A stretch of DNA of 64,000 nt from Antedon mediterranea (taxonomy: Eukaryota > Animalia > Echinodermata), in the NCBI RefSeq assembly GCF_964355755.1, contig NC_092678.1, positions 3,612,422-3,676,421 on the forward strand, read 5' to 3'. Each line of letters begins with the position of its first letter. The first letter of the stretch is position 1. The position numbers were made by a program, and so were the translations under genes. This document shows, in pieces, positions 12,867 to 25,809 of this stretch. The notes beneath the pieces were generated by a model that worked only from the letters and a program-made list of their open reading frames with translations, made no database searches and was not told where the DNA came from.

Positions 12867-14375
12867 ATGGAGAACCAGAGTAAACTTGAAGCCATCTCTT
12901 TTGATGTAGGCCTACAATCTCAACCAAAATATGGTAAGTTTTTATACTAAATAGATCCCTTTTTGTAGCTTTAAAGGTTTATGCAAACTTGGCTCCTCAT
13001 AAACTAAATGATATATTTTTATAATTCCCTAAAGATTGACGGAGTAAATATTGTGGTTTTAGCCTTTGGGCTACCTTACATTATATGATAAATTTTGCAA
13101 TGCAAATCAATATTTTTTTATTTATATATTAATTGACTATTTTAGCCCCACCAAATAGTTGACTGTTGGTTACTGCCTCCTGCGCGGAGCGCAACTACTT
13201 GTTCAGGAGAAAAACAAATTTACGATAATCGCATTTTAACAAACTGTTAATTGTATCTAAAATATTTTTATTTCATTTCAGTAATTCCTGAAGGAGTATT
13301 TGATGGCCCACCACTTAAAAGACTTCGTCGTAAACGAACTGTGTACAGTGACCAAGAGGTGCATCTTCTGGAAAGCGTCTTTAAGACTAATCGTTATCCT
13401 GACATTACCATAAGAGAAACCATTTCCGGCGTCATTAAAATCAACGAATCTAGAATACAGGTACGCGTATCATTTATTATTTGATGATATCCTTTTAAAA
13501 ATTAAATTTAAAGCAATATTATTGTAAAGTGACTGATTGCCGACGATCCCTTTTTGTTACAGATACTGTTAGTCACTTTTTGCCGACAAACTGTCAATCT
13601 TTTTACTACACTACTAGCTAACTTTCATGTCGTCCTCTCCTGTCTCAGTGACAAGATTGGAAATGCTGTAGAATGTTCGCTCACATAAGTTTATTAATAA
13701 TTGAATTACTAATTACTTATGTATATATTTTTTTCTTAGACGTGGTTCCAACATAGACGAAGACGTGAACGCACCGAAGTTCGAAACTATGTTCGTGAAA
13801 TCTTGCCCACTTCAAACGAAGATGCTACTAAGATTCAGAAACCAAAACAAGAACAGCCATCTCCTCAACAACCACGATCATCATCTCCTGAGAAACCAAC
13901 AATGGAACCAAAGACAGCTTTTCCATTCGCGCCAGTGGCACCACACGTAGCAACCAAACGAAGCCTTCATCATGTACCTACTTCTGTATGCAAAACCTCA
14001 AAGCAAATTCCACATCCATTGATTTTGAAGTCTGACAAATTGAGGTCATCCGTTCATGAGAAACGCCCTTCAGTACCATCATATATCTATCCTAATGTTC
14101 CAGTACCTTTTGTAACTTATCCTGTGTACTATCGTGTACAGAGAAGTCGCTTACCTCAGTGTGTGCACCTACCAATCGTACCATCAGCTCTCCCTGCTTG
14201 GCCACTGGAGCCTCATCATCGAAGAACCGCTGATCCACCCATTAGCTTAGACATAAAGCAACCACAATCAGCTCTCTCTGCTTGGCCACTGGAGCCTCAT
14301 CATCCAAGAACCGCTGATCCACCCATTAGCTTAGACATAAAGCAACCACAATTCTGTAGACCGTGGTCTAATTAG
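12867..14375 (+). CDS. Divergent PRD-class (paired-like, Q50) homeobox protein, pmar1/phb-like, ~293 aa
   Basis: Exons 12867-12933, 13282-13460, 13740-14375. Homeodomain LRRKRTVYSDQEVHLLESVFKTNRYPDITIRETISGVIKINESRIQ/TWFQHRRRRERT has the PRD-class intron between codons 46 and 47. Pro/Ser-rich C-terminus with a duplicated 28-aa unit, ending FCRPWSN*; AATAAA at ~14391. Confidence 0.88.
14183..14352 (+). repeat. In-frame 84-bp tandem duplication in the homeobox gene CDS
   Basis: SALPAWPLEPHHRRTADPPISLDIKQPQ / SALSAWPLEPHHPRTADPPISLDIKQPQ. Confidence 0.92.
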
Positions 14376-15358
14376 ATAATCCAAACTCGAAAATAAATTA
14401 GATTATTATGCTTACAAAATTTAAAATAATTGTTAAAAATGACGCTTGAATTAATTATATTAGATATTATTGTAAAATAATTTGTGATAATTCTGATTGA
14501 ACTTAATAAACAACTGTTAATTAATTATTATCATGCAAAGTATTACTTACATTGTAACTTTTAAAAATATCGTTGATGTTAATAAATAATAATTATTAAT
14601 TTTAAATGAATGTTCCTTTTTATTACATTTTCATTCCAATGCTTTTCAATTTAAATTTCAATCAATTCAATTAAATGTTTATTTCAGACAAGTCCATATC
14701 AAGAGAAAAAAGCAGTAATACATATAATAATACAAATAAATAGTTGCATAAGGAGATTCGACTACAGAAAAGAGAGTTACATGATTGTTAACAAACAAGG
14801 TTGCCTATTAAAATATTTTTGTTGATTTTACTTGCTGCTATTTTACAAAGTTGTTGTCATTATCCACCGTTTGAGGGCGCTTTTTAATGTTAAATTGATG
14901 AAAAAAGCTACAGTGCGCACGACGTAAACAAACAATAAACGTAATGAAATTACAACTAAGATTTGAGAAAAATATTGAACGGGTTGAGCTGAATGGGAGT
15001 GAAAATGAAACATTAAAATCATTAATTGATGCGGCAGAAAACTGTTTTAGGTATGTGAACAATTCTATATAATGATAAAACCAATCTAAATTCCAGGATC
15101 GCTAGGCCTATGTGTGGCGGTTGTACTACTTCCCGTACGCCGCGATAGGGTCGCGTCTGTGCTTGTAAATGTCATAAGCAGGCAGGTGAGGTTCAGCCTA
15201 GCTAGGCCTAGGTTTTTTGGCTAATAGTCTATGATTGATGAGCCTAGCTATGCTTATTATAGTAGTAAGTAGCTAGTAGTAGTAGTATCCTACAAATCAT
15301 ATTTTATATTAAGTATTTATTTGCGACGTATAGGCCTAGCCTAGGCCTAGTTTTTATG

Positions 15359-16118
15359 GGGATATGACCGGTTGGGCCGCCGACAAGTTGAGCCGCCGGT
15401 GATTTCTATGAAACGCCCAGTGCATGCGTCTTTTACGACATTTCGCGTAGTGATTAGGATGGTGTCCTAGTACATAAGTTCATGGTCTTGGTTTATTGTG
15501 TCATGAAAATAAATAATATATAATTACATATTATAATTAACAACACAGCAAAGGAAAGTAGTAATATTTAATAATGTAATTGTTTTTAATCTTTCGAGGA
15601 AAAAATTCAGTGCACTCATAATTTTTTCTCGCCGCGTGTAGGCCTACCACGTAAAGTCACGTTGTCCTCTCTCAGGACTAATTAATAGAGTATTAACATT
15701 CTTCGAATGAGGTTAAATAAATATTATTTTTTATTTACTAATCTTTTAATATCATATTTTATTGAATTTTACAATGTTAATACACAAAATATTTTACTAA
15801 AAAACGTGATTTTATGTAATTATTTTACCGAAAAATGGAGTAAGCCTACCTAGGCCTAGTTGTTTACGTCATTTTTGGCACTTTCGGTGATGTTTTATAT
15901 TTTGGAATCTACAAGCCAGATTTTCATAATTATTTCTTTAATTATACTATTTAATAATATATATACTAAAAACCATGATATATAAACTTTTGAATGTACA
16001 TCGATCCCTAATATAAATTGAACGAGCACCGGCGAAAGTTAGCATTTGGCGTTCCATAAAAAATAACGTTTTTCTGGTGGCGGCTCAACTTGTCGGCGGC
16101 TCAACTTGGCCTAATCCG
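15359..16118. mobile_element. Non-autonomous TIR element (MITE), 8-9 bp TSD
   Basis: Inverted ends gttgggccgccgacaagttgagccgcc / ggcggctcaacttgtcggcggctcaac; TTTTTATG at 15351-15358 and 16119-16126. Confidence 0.8.
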
Positions 16119-16859
16119 TTTTTATGGAATGTAACATTAGGTCATTTATTGTGTATGGAGCGCCAAATATGCATTTGGTCATTGTCACTATCAGTGTTGT
16201 AACTGGCAATCTTGACCTTTTTGATATGTACTTCTGAAACAGAATTCTTAGATTTTTTGTTATAATACTATCCCAGGTAGGGCCTACCTTGAGTAGCATA
16301 ACAAAGTTTCAGCGATTCATTTTGCGAATAGCATAGCGGTGTCATATGTCTAAAATTTGACTCATCTGGTGTACTGTACAAACATAATTTTTCCCAAAAG
16401 CCAGTATATTATATATTTTATATAATTTCATATATATTTTTTTTTAGTAAATTACTACTATGATTTGGTAGTCATCTTGATTTATAGATTATTTAGGAAT
16501 TTGTAAAACTTTAATGTTAAATGTTAGAAACTTTTCCATCACTTCTGACGCAATCTGTTAATTGCATTAACTTTCAATGAAATAACAGTAACTTTACTGT
16601 AAGTGTAAAGCTTTTTAATCGTAAGCTGCTGCTTACATTTTAGGCAAAAGTTGTTAAAATCTATCCAAAAAAAAACTTTCCGTTAACATGTGTAACCTCT
16701 GAAACAGGTTTAATACGGTTTATTGTATTTTATTACACAATAAATATTTGTTTAACCTCCTCTTTATTCCACTTAGCTTCACAAAAAATAGTAGAAATCG
16801 GTGCTTTCAGAGCTTCGTGATCTTTATATATTTCTTCACCATCCTCTTATTACTCCGAA

Positions 16860-18190
16860 CTCTTCTATAACTGGAGAGATCCTCCACTATTGAGATCATC
16901 AGACGGCATCCAACAAACATGCAGCGTTTCAACCCTGAACCATAACGCTTCCTTGTTGGTGGATCATCTGTGTCGCCCCAACAATTCTGTGAACCTGGTC
17001 ATTCTCCTTGCAGCTATTAAGTAAGTCCTGAGGCGGATTGCAATATAAAGACTTTGTCTTAGGCTTAGATCTAAGCCCCTAGCGAAAGTCTTAGTTAAGC
17101 CTCTCAGCAAAGTCGATTGCAATATAGCGGTCTTAACTGAGACTTTATTAGTAAAGAATTTCAAACAATCAAACCAGCCTATAGTTACCGACAAATGAGG
17201 GCGCTATACCAACAAGTGCAAATAGAGTAAGTTAACAATAAGGAGTAGCGACAAGCTCCTCAGTAGGACATATTGAGGCCATTTTAATGCATGAATGGAC
17301 ACACTGCCTATTCAATAGCGTTAAGATTACGTAAATACTAGGAGATTTTAGCAAATAATTTAAAATATTGGCAACAAAATTGTATGTAATTTGATAGTAA
17401 ATATTGGTTAATTAATACATGCTTAAAGTTTAAAAACAAATACTTAAAAAAAATAAATTTTAAATATGCTACTATGTAGTCTTTTCTTGGTCAAAATAGT
17501 GTAGCGCTAGGCCGCGTATGGAGAATATGTGTACAGCTTGTTGGTGCGGTTGTGGACCGCTAATAGTAATTGATCGTCAGGTAGGTGTGGGCCTATACAG
17601 ATTTTATCTATTGAAACAATTGGTAGACAAAAATAATAATACACATGTCTTATAGTTCAATACCCCTTTTCTACACTAGTATCATAAAATCAATTCACAG
17701 CAATATTTAAAGAAGTTAATTTCGCCATGATATTACAAGCTAGCCTAGGAGCGCTCCCGTCGCGCGGTTAGCGTAAGCCTGCCTAGAGGAGGCTTAGAAT
17801 CTAAGACCACGGCGCTGAAATTCTAAGCCTAAGACTTCTTATTGCAATGGTCTTAAATCTAAAACCATCGTTGCTAAGGGTTTCATCTTGGGCTTAAGTC
17901 TAAGACCGCGGTTAAGACCTTTATTGCAATCGGCCCCTGGTACTTTGAATACTGTACTTTCTTTCAATACAATGGAACTGTTAACTCGATTATTATCAGT
18001 ATCTTTGATTCCTCCAACCATAACACTGCATCTGGTCTCAGTGTAGTTCGAACAACTTGAGGAAATTGTAATTTCTTACCCACATCAGCTTCATTTAACT
18101 GCCATGATTGTGCTGTCTGTGGTGGATTTGTTTTAGTAACCGTTGTGGTTGGTGCAATTGCCTCAGATCTGATACTATTAAAATTGGACT
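16860..18190 (-). mobile_element. Degraded 3' part of an RLE-type (HERO/R2-group-like) non-LTR retrotransposon, split by a MITE
   Basis: Minus strand reads SWQLNEADVGKKLQFPQVVRTTLRPDAVLWLEESKILIIIELTVP, and continues as KYQDLLNSCKEN across the 17031-17936 insertion. Confidence 0.65.
17031..17936. mobile_element. PIF/Harbinger-like MITE with CTG TSD
   Basis: ctg|AGGCGGATTGCAATA ... TATTGCAATCGGCCC|ctg; subterminal (c)ttag/ctaag motifs. Confidence 0.75.
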
Positions 18191-18619
18191 GTGGCTTTCA
18201 TATCTTGGTGAAACCCAATCAATAATGAGAGTAAAATAGCCCAATGTTTTAAGATAGACCCGTTGGGTCCAGGCCTACAAGATTTACACGAAGATCCACA
18301 CGGCCAATTCCCTTTTTATTGAAACTTTTATGACTTGAAATATACGAATGTATTCATGACAGCACGTTCTGCTTTGCACCTGTTTTTAATCTTTCAACAT
18401 CTTTGATTGATATGGTTCTATATATTTGTCCATATTTGTCGAACACTTTGTAGCAAAGTATCATTTTTCATAGAGTAGGTCCCCAGCAATCGCTTAAACA
18501 ATTCTTTCTCAAAGGCCATAGCAGTGATTTGATGTATTCTGGTGCATCAGTTGTATAATTTGCCACGGATGAAACCATTAAGTGACCCCTTCTGCCAGTA
18601 TGACTAATTGAACCTTCAT

Positions 18620-21600
18620 GGAGAGCGGACACGGATAAAATAGTGCTGTGGAAAGTGTCCTAAATCCGACCAAATTGGACTTTAATTACTAGTTAACGAC
18701 CATATTGAGAATTATAGACGCACAGTCTCAACTAATTTATATATTTTGTGATTTGTTTTGCTCTATTTTACTGGTTTTCCGAATTTTAAAACCATGACTA
18801 CCAACGAGGCCAGTAGTAGACGTACCCGCAGTAGCCAACCGGACCAGGTAGACAATGAGGTAAACATGCATACTTTGCATGCATTGTTAACCAAATTAGA
18901 CGCTGATATGAACTCCCGGTTTGACGCGCTAGCGTCTCAAATGAGCAAGGTTAATGCAGACATTAAAGGCATTCGAACTGATATGGCTGACTTGGAGACA
19001 GGGGTGAAGCATATGGACAAAGATATTCTTGAAATTAAGGAGGAAACCATACCAAAGTTGGAGTCAGAACTTAAGGATAAAATTCAAGAACTGAATGCTA
19101 GCAGGTTAGAGTCGGAGTTTTACAGTAAAAAAGCAAATTTATTGTTCTTTAACATCCCTCAATCCAGTGCAAGTGAGGACACAGAGAATGTCCTACGGAA
19201 GGTGCTGACCAAAGTAAACACCGCTGCTGACGATATCGAGTTTGCAAATGTCCACATCTGCCTACCAAGTCTGTAACGACTACTAAGCCCATCATAGCAA
19301 AATTTCTTAAAATGAAAGATCGTGAGGCCGTTTTGAATTACATTGCTGGGAAACCGGTTGTTGTTGTTCCACATCTGCCTACAGCCATGCAACAGGAACG
19401 GAAAAGGCTCATTCCAATTCGAAACAAGCTGTTAGACAGTGGGAAGAACGCCAAAATACGAGTTCAAGGCACCAAGGTAGCTATCTTCGTTGACAAGGTA
19501 ATATGGAAAGAGAATTTGTAAATTGTTTACTATTCCATTTCAACATTAACTCATTTTTTAACTTCGAAATGCCGGACGGTACTGTAGTCGTTTTATTTGC
19601 CATTTTCAACATTTAATTTATTTCATGAACTTCCCAACTGTTTAATGAACTTCCGTACTGTTTAGAATGAGAATCGTTTATTTTCCTTTATTTATTGAAC
19701 TATGCAAATGCCGGCAGTACTTTATGGAGTGAGAAACTGTAAATTGTTTGTATTTCCATTCTCACATTAATTAATTATTTCATAAATTTTTAAAATGCAA
19801 GTACTGTAGTATGAGATTTCATTGATCTTTCTATCTGTCCACACGTTAAATTCAAACATCATACAGTATGGACCTTTCCCCAGTAACACATTGTTCTTGT
19901 CCTCTTCGTTTTTCACTTTCTGCCTAGATAAGTATATGTGTTTAAGTGTGTATAATATGTTATATGTTGGCATGGTACTCTTTTTTTTTACATATATATT
20001 TCATTATGCGTTATATTTAATGACCTATTACATTCCATTTTATATTATTCAAGTAAATGACTAACTATTGTAATTGCTGTTCAAAAGACATTAGAAGTCA
20101 TCAGTCAACGATTGTTTGTAATATTTGTAACTCTTTTTACCATACACATTGTATTTATACCGATGTTAATGCTAATGAAGACTGGTTTTGTTTTCAATGT
20201 ACTGGAAATGTCTTTCCTTTCAACCATTACATTGACGACGATGAATTTAAATTTGCTTTATTCAGTCTTAATAATACCCTTGAATATAATAGAATGTTAA
20301 ATCTGAAATTTAATCCATTTATCTTTAACGATGTGATAAATAACTCTAATAATTTAATTGATTATGACAATACCACATTCATGTTCTTATACCTTTGATC
20401 ATAACATCTCAGCTACATGTGAAAAGGACTTTTCCATCTTACATATAAATCCACGAAGTTTCAATAAAAACGTTTATTGATTAGCACGTTCCTCACTAGT
20501 TTAAGGCATACCTTTTCGATTCTAGCTTTATCAGAAACCTGGTTTAAAGAGGATGGTTCCAATTTAATCCACATAGATAACTATAACTTGGTTAATACAC
20601 CACGCTGTGGAAGAAGAAGTGGTGGTGTTGCTATCTATGTTCATAATACAATCTCATTTCGAATTCGGAATGATTTAAAATTAATTGACAAACCGTCTGA
20701 GCACTTTGATCATTCTGAATCTATCTTTATTGAAATAACAGTTCCCGGTAGTAAAAACATTGTCGTTGGCAATATCTATCGTGCTCATCGTACCAATATT
20801 GAAACATTTTTTTATGATCTTACAAATTGTCTCACAAAAATTAATACTGAAGAAAAACAATGTTATATATCCGGTGATTTTAATCTTGACCTTCTACATT
20901 CTAATGACAATCACATTACTAATGAGTTCCTCTCTATTTTTTATAACCATAATATGTTTCCTCTTATCGATAGACCCACCAGAATTACCCCTTCAACAGC
21001 TTCCTTAATTGATAACATTTTCACTAACGTTTTTACTCATTATATAAAATCGGGTGTTGTTATTGCCGATGTTTCTGATCATTATCCTGTTTACCAAATC
21101 ACTAAATCAACTCCAATTAGCAACGCAAATACCGCAAATAAAATTTCCACTCGTTTATTTAACCAAACTAGAATTCAACACTTTTTTGAAAATTTAAGCT
21201 TGGTTGATTGGAGTTGTATTACTGATCTTGATTCTTCTGACCATGCATATAATGTTTTCATCGATAAATTCACAGAGGTCTACAATGTACATTTTCCCAT
21301 CTCTAAACATTCCAACAACAATTCCCGGCGTCGTTGTATTCCTCAAAAACCTTGGATTACTTCGGCGATCCTAAAATCAATAACTCGAAAAGATAAATTA
21401 TACAAAAAGTATGCAAGTAACCCTACTGAATCCAACAAAACGTCTTATGTTAATTATCGTAATAAACTTACTTTTTTAATCAGGATTTCTAAACAGCAGT
21501 ATTATGCTGAAAAGCTTGAGGAAACAAAATTTAATTCAAAACAGACTTGGAATGTTCTCAATAACATTATGGGTAGACAAAACAATAAACACATATCATC

Positions 21601-24073
21601 ATTTTTTTAAATAAATGATATACATACAGTATATCTGATTCTCAAATTATTGCTGATAACTTTAATAATTACTTTGTCAACATTGGTCCTGAATACCTAC
21701 GTAAAATTCCTCAATCTGATATTACTTTTAATTTTTTTATAAATAACATAAAATCACCCGTTAGCTCTCTGTTTTTTTTACCAACTGATAAAGATGAAGT
21801 ACTCACAATATTCAGAAATCTGAAATCTGGTGCTAGCAGCGGTTTCGATGACATTAAACCAGATATTATTAAATCTGTTGGGGAATTAATAGCATCTCCA
21901 CTTGTTCATATTTTTAATTTATCACTAGCTACCGGTATTGTCCCGGAGAAGCTGAAAATTGCCAAGATAATTCCCGTCTTTAAAGCCCCATTCCCTACGT
22001 TTTTTAGATCTAATTTAAGATCACAAACTATATTGAATGTAAAAATAATACTATATGGTCCTATTGCGATAACTTTTTTCGTCTTTAAACGGTTAAAAAT
22101 GTGAAAAATAAGCCGATTCTAATAATTATAGCGGCCCGCTATAAATCCCAAAATGCATTGCGCGCGGATTGATATTTTTGTTTTTCACCTGTAATTCGCC
22201 CACTTTTCGATCGATCGTGAGGCCAAAACAAATGGAAGACTCCTAATTTTTCAGCGAAAATACCGGGTTTTCCCCAATTTGTATCAACGGGGTCTGGCAA
22301 AAATAGAAAGACAATTAATGCAGCAACTATACAACGTCAGGCTAGGTATATAGCTCGCGTACGATGTTCGTACGTTACCGATGTTTACCAGCTAGGCCTA
22401 CAAAACTAAGCCTAGCTAGGCTAGGCCTAAGACCGTCCACGAGAGGTCGATCGCCGCGAGCTACTTAGGTAGTGCATTGTTTCTCACTTTTTATCATAAT
22501 TTACCATAAAACGTACATTTAAGACAAGGAATGACATGGTTTAATGTTTTTAAAGTGATATATATGTATTATTTTCCAAAAAACGTCCAAAATTGCAGGG
22601 AAGGGGTCTTTAAACATGGTGAGACTGATAAATTTAGCAATTATAGGCCCATCTCGGTACTGCCCGTTTTCTCCAAAGTTTTAGAACGTATAATTCATAA
22701 AAGACTCTATAATTATTTTTCTCGATTTAACTTATTGCAAGAGAACCAATTTGGTTTCCGCCCAAATATGTCTACTGAAATGACTGTTCTACAAGCATAT
22801 GATAACATAATCTCTGAATTAGATAAGAAAAAGCATGTTCTTGGGATATTTCTGGACCTTTCAAAGGCCTTTGACACCGTCAATCACGACATTCTCCTGT
22901 CGAAACTACAGCATTATGGTATACGTGGTGTTGCCTTTGATTGGTTCAGAAGTTACCTGACGGATAGAAAGCAATTATATCTCTTTTAATTATCATAGTT
23001 CTTCTTCTTTAAACATTTGTTGTGGTGTTCCACAGGGCTCAATTTTAGGCCCGCTACTCTTTATTATTTACATTAATGATTTAGCAAACATCTGTAAACA
23101 TCTTATTTTATATGCAGATGACACTAACCTTTTAATTTCAGATAATGTTTTAAACCGTCTAGTTGATAATGTTAATTCCGATCTCTCGACTATCTCGAGT
23201 TGGTTTAAAGCAAATAAGTTATCGCTTAATGCTAATAAAACTAATTATATGATTTTTAAGAACAGATATAGTAACCGTGTTTACAATGACCTTAACATTT
23301 TCATTGATAATAATAACATCTCTCGTGTAACTAGTTGTAAATTTCTTGGTGTAATAATGGACGAATGCTTAACCTGGAATCAACATAACTGTCGCCTTGA
23401 AACTGTTTATCGCAAACAAAAGCGCATAATGCGTTTATGTACAAATTCTCAATTCCTTGAGCATTCACCACCATTATTTGCTAGTCTTAACAACTTACTG
23501 TAACTGTGTACTGTATGATATTCATAAGATATCAAAAGGTGTTTTCATGTACAAATTTAAGAATAATTTATTACCAGCTAACTTTTATAATTATTTTGTT
23601 AAAGTAAACTCAGTTCATAATTATGGCATCAGGTCCTTTGATACTTATCGTCCTTATGTAATTTTGTTACCGATATGGGTAGAAACACTATCAGAGGACA
23701 TGGTCCAATTTTATGGAACAGTATTGATGCTTCTATTCGTAATTCATCATCTGTCAAAGTATTTAAAAAGTTGTATAAAAATAATTTGCTCTTAACTTAT
23801 CAATGAGTGTTACAAATATGTTTACATGTACATTGTTCTTTTGCTTTTTTGATTTTATCGCACTATCTTTGAGTTCATATGCCAACATGTTTAGCTAGTA
23901 TTGTCTCGTCCTGTGCTTCAATTATGTTTGTATCATGTATTAATTATTTTGTTAAGGTGGCCAAATACTGTACGAGCTTTGCTCTTTTTTGGTCATCCTT
24001 CCATTTTTGCTATATACAGTATTCATGATCCTTGTTTATTATTGGAAAATAAAAACTGAAACTGAAACTGAAA
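18620..24073 (+). mobile_element. Near full-length but mutated CR1/L2-group LINE (ORF1; ORF2 PHD-EN-RT)
   Basis: ORF1 at 18758-19521 (coiled coil, NLLFFNIP, frameshifted). PHD finger at 20057; endonuclease LSETW, GDFN, PTR, IDNI, SDH; RT NYRPIS, DLSKAFD, GVPQGSILGP, YADD. AATAAA plus (AACTGA)n tail at 24048-24073. Several stops and frameshifts. Confidence 0.92.
21984..22609. mobile_element. Kolobok-like non-autonomous element with TTAA TSD inside LINE ORF2
   Basis: ttaa|AGCCCCATTCCCTAC ... GCAGGGAAGGGGTCT|ttaa; removing it restores the LINE frame [22 protein letters not shown]. Confidence 0.82.
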
Positions 24074-25809
24074 AGTATACCCGATTCAGTTCCCAGAATC
24101 AGAAATGTATGTTCCAACCGCTCCAAAAAATGCCCCTTCGATATGAAAGTGACCAATTAAATCAAAAGCTGGTGCCGTTAGCACCTGTATTGAATAAGCT
24201 TTAAGTGCCACTGCGAGATCATATGTCTCATCTGCAACTTTAAGAGATCGAACCATTGTCTCTTGCACAATATCATTTCTTGTTGGTGGTTGTAAAATTG
24301 GGTTCATGTATACAATGGAAGTTAAACGCAATGGATCGTTAAACGCAATGGATCGTTCACGAACGTTGAGTAAAAGCCATTGAACAGAGGAAGTTTTCGA
24401 TTAGATGATAAGATTAGCCAAACTAAATCTAGGCTTTTCCATCTTACAAGAGAATAACTTGCATCGGATTCACTTATTTGTTCCTGGTCTGTTTCTTCAA
24501 ATTTAAACTTGGCCAGTTTTAGATTTGAATAAAATAGTGGTACTATTTTCTCTGCTCCGTCAAATTTCCGCCTAGGTCTTCCAGTGACCGAATTGACCGA
24601 CAGTCCTTCCATCTCAGTGGTTTGCCCCTGAAGGACATTCTGATACGCAATGCCAACTGTAACATGGAGAATATTGAAAGAATTGTTTCATCATTTCATT
24701 GAGGTCTTTTAACCGTGATTTAGCTGTTTCCAGCCTTGTTTGAGTCTTTGCTAATATTTAATCTATCTCTAAATGTGGTCATTAATTTAGTAACTAATGG
24801 CTGACAAGCATAGGGACGAATATCATCGTCAGTACCTCCGCCTGCCTTATACTGGTCTTTGTACAAATCCATGATTTTACAGGCATATTTTGGTATACGT
24901 TTACAAATTATTTCCTTTTCAACGTACCTCACCATCCCTTTGTATGCTTATTAACTACTTTCTGGGGCAACTTACAGGATAAAGTTGCTGTCATGTGTAT
25001 TTTTGTCTATCCTAAGACAGAACAGTTCCAATAAAAAAGGAATTGGCCTTGTGACTCTTCGTGTGATTAAATCTTGTAGGCCTGGACCCAACGAGCATTT
25101 CTGGGCTACTGTCTGAAGCAACTTATTACAGGATAAAGTTGCTGTCATGAGTATTTTTGTCTATTCTAAGACGTAACAGTTCCAATAAAAAAGGAATTGG
25201 CTGTGTGGCTTTTCGTGTGATTAAATTTTGTATGGCCCAACGGGCATTTCTGGGCTACTGTCTAGGGCTATTGTTTGGGGCATCTTACAGGATAAAGTTG
25301 CTAACAATGATATTTTTGTGCACCCCAATGTGTAACAGTTGCAATGCAAAAGGAATAGTCGTGTGGCTCTTGACATGAATAACACCATTTTTTAGTGGTC
25401 ACTAATTGGGGCTACTGTCTCGGGCAACTTACAGGATAAAGTTGCTGTCATTGCTGTTTTTACATTGTATACACATATGGGAACAATGTCCAACAACTTT
25501 TATCCGTGTGGCTTTTCACATGATTAAATCCATTTTTTACCCCTCCTATTTAGTGTCCCCAGGGTAAACTTACAGGATAGGACCCGGCAGCAATATTGAT
25601 TATTGAATCTTGGCCATATATCTACATAATCAGCCCATCAGACCTTTTGTGGCTTTTCACATGAAAAAATCTTCTGGGCGCCCGGTCTAGTTGTTAGGAC
25701 ATCCCCACCTATTTTAAACAGGCCCAGGAGATTTGTTGATTTGAATGGCTAGTTCTACCTCCTCTTTGGTGATATTTCTGTCAAGGTCATGCATAATAAT
25801 TCAACATTT

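Larger units (their letters stand above)
18240..25710 (-). mobile_element. Degraded Academ-like DNA transposon, interrupted by a LINE
   Basis: ORF pieces at 24086-24935 (YMNPILQPPT..IVQETM, YDLAVALKAYSIQ, LIGHFHIEGAFFGAVGTYISDSG) continue at ~18600-18480 as approximately ILAEGSLNGFIRGKLYN*CTRIH (frameshifted). ~130-bp subterminal repeats at 24950-25670 with an inverted copy at ~18240-18325. Candidate terminus ...CCACCTA at 25710. Confidence 0.6.
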
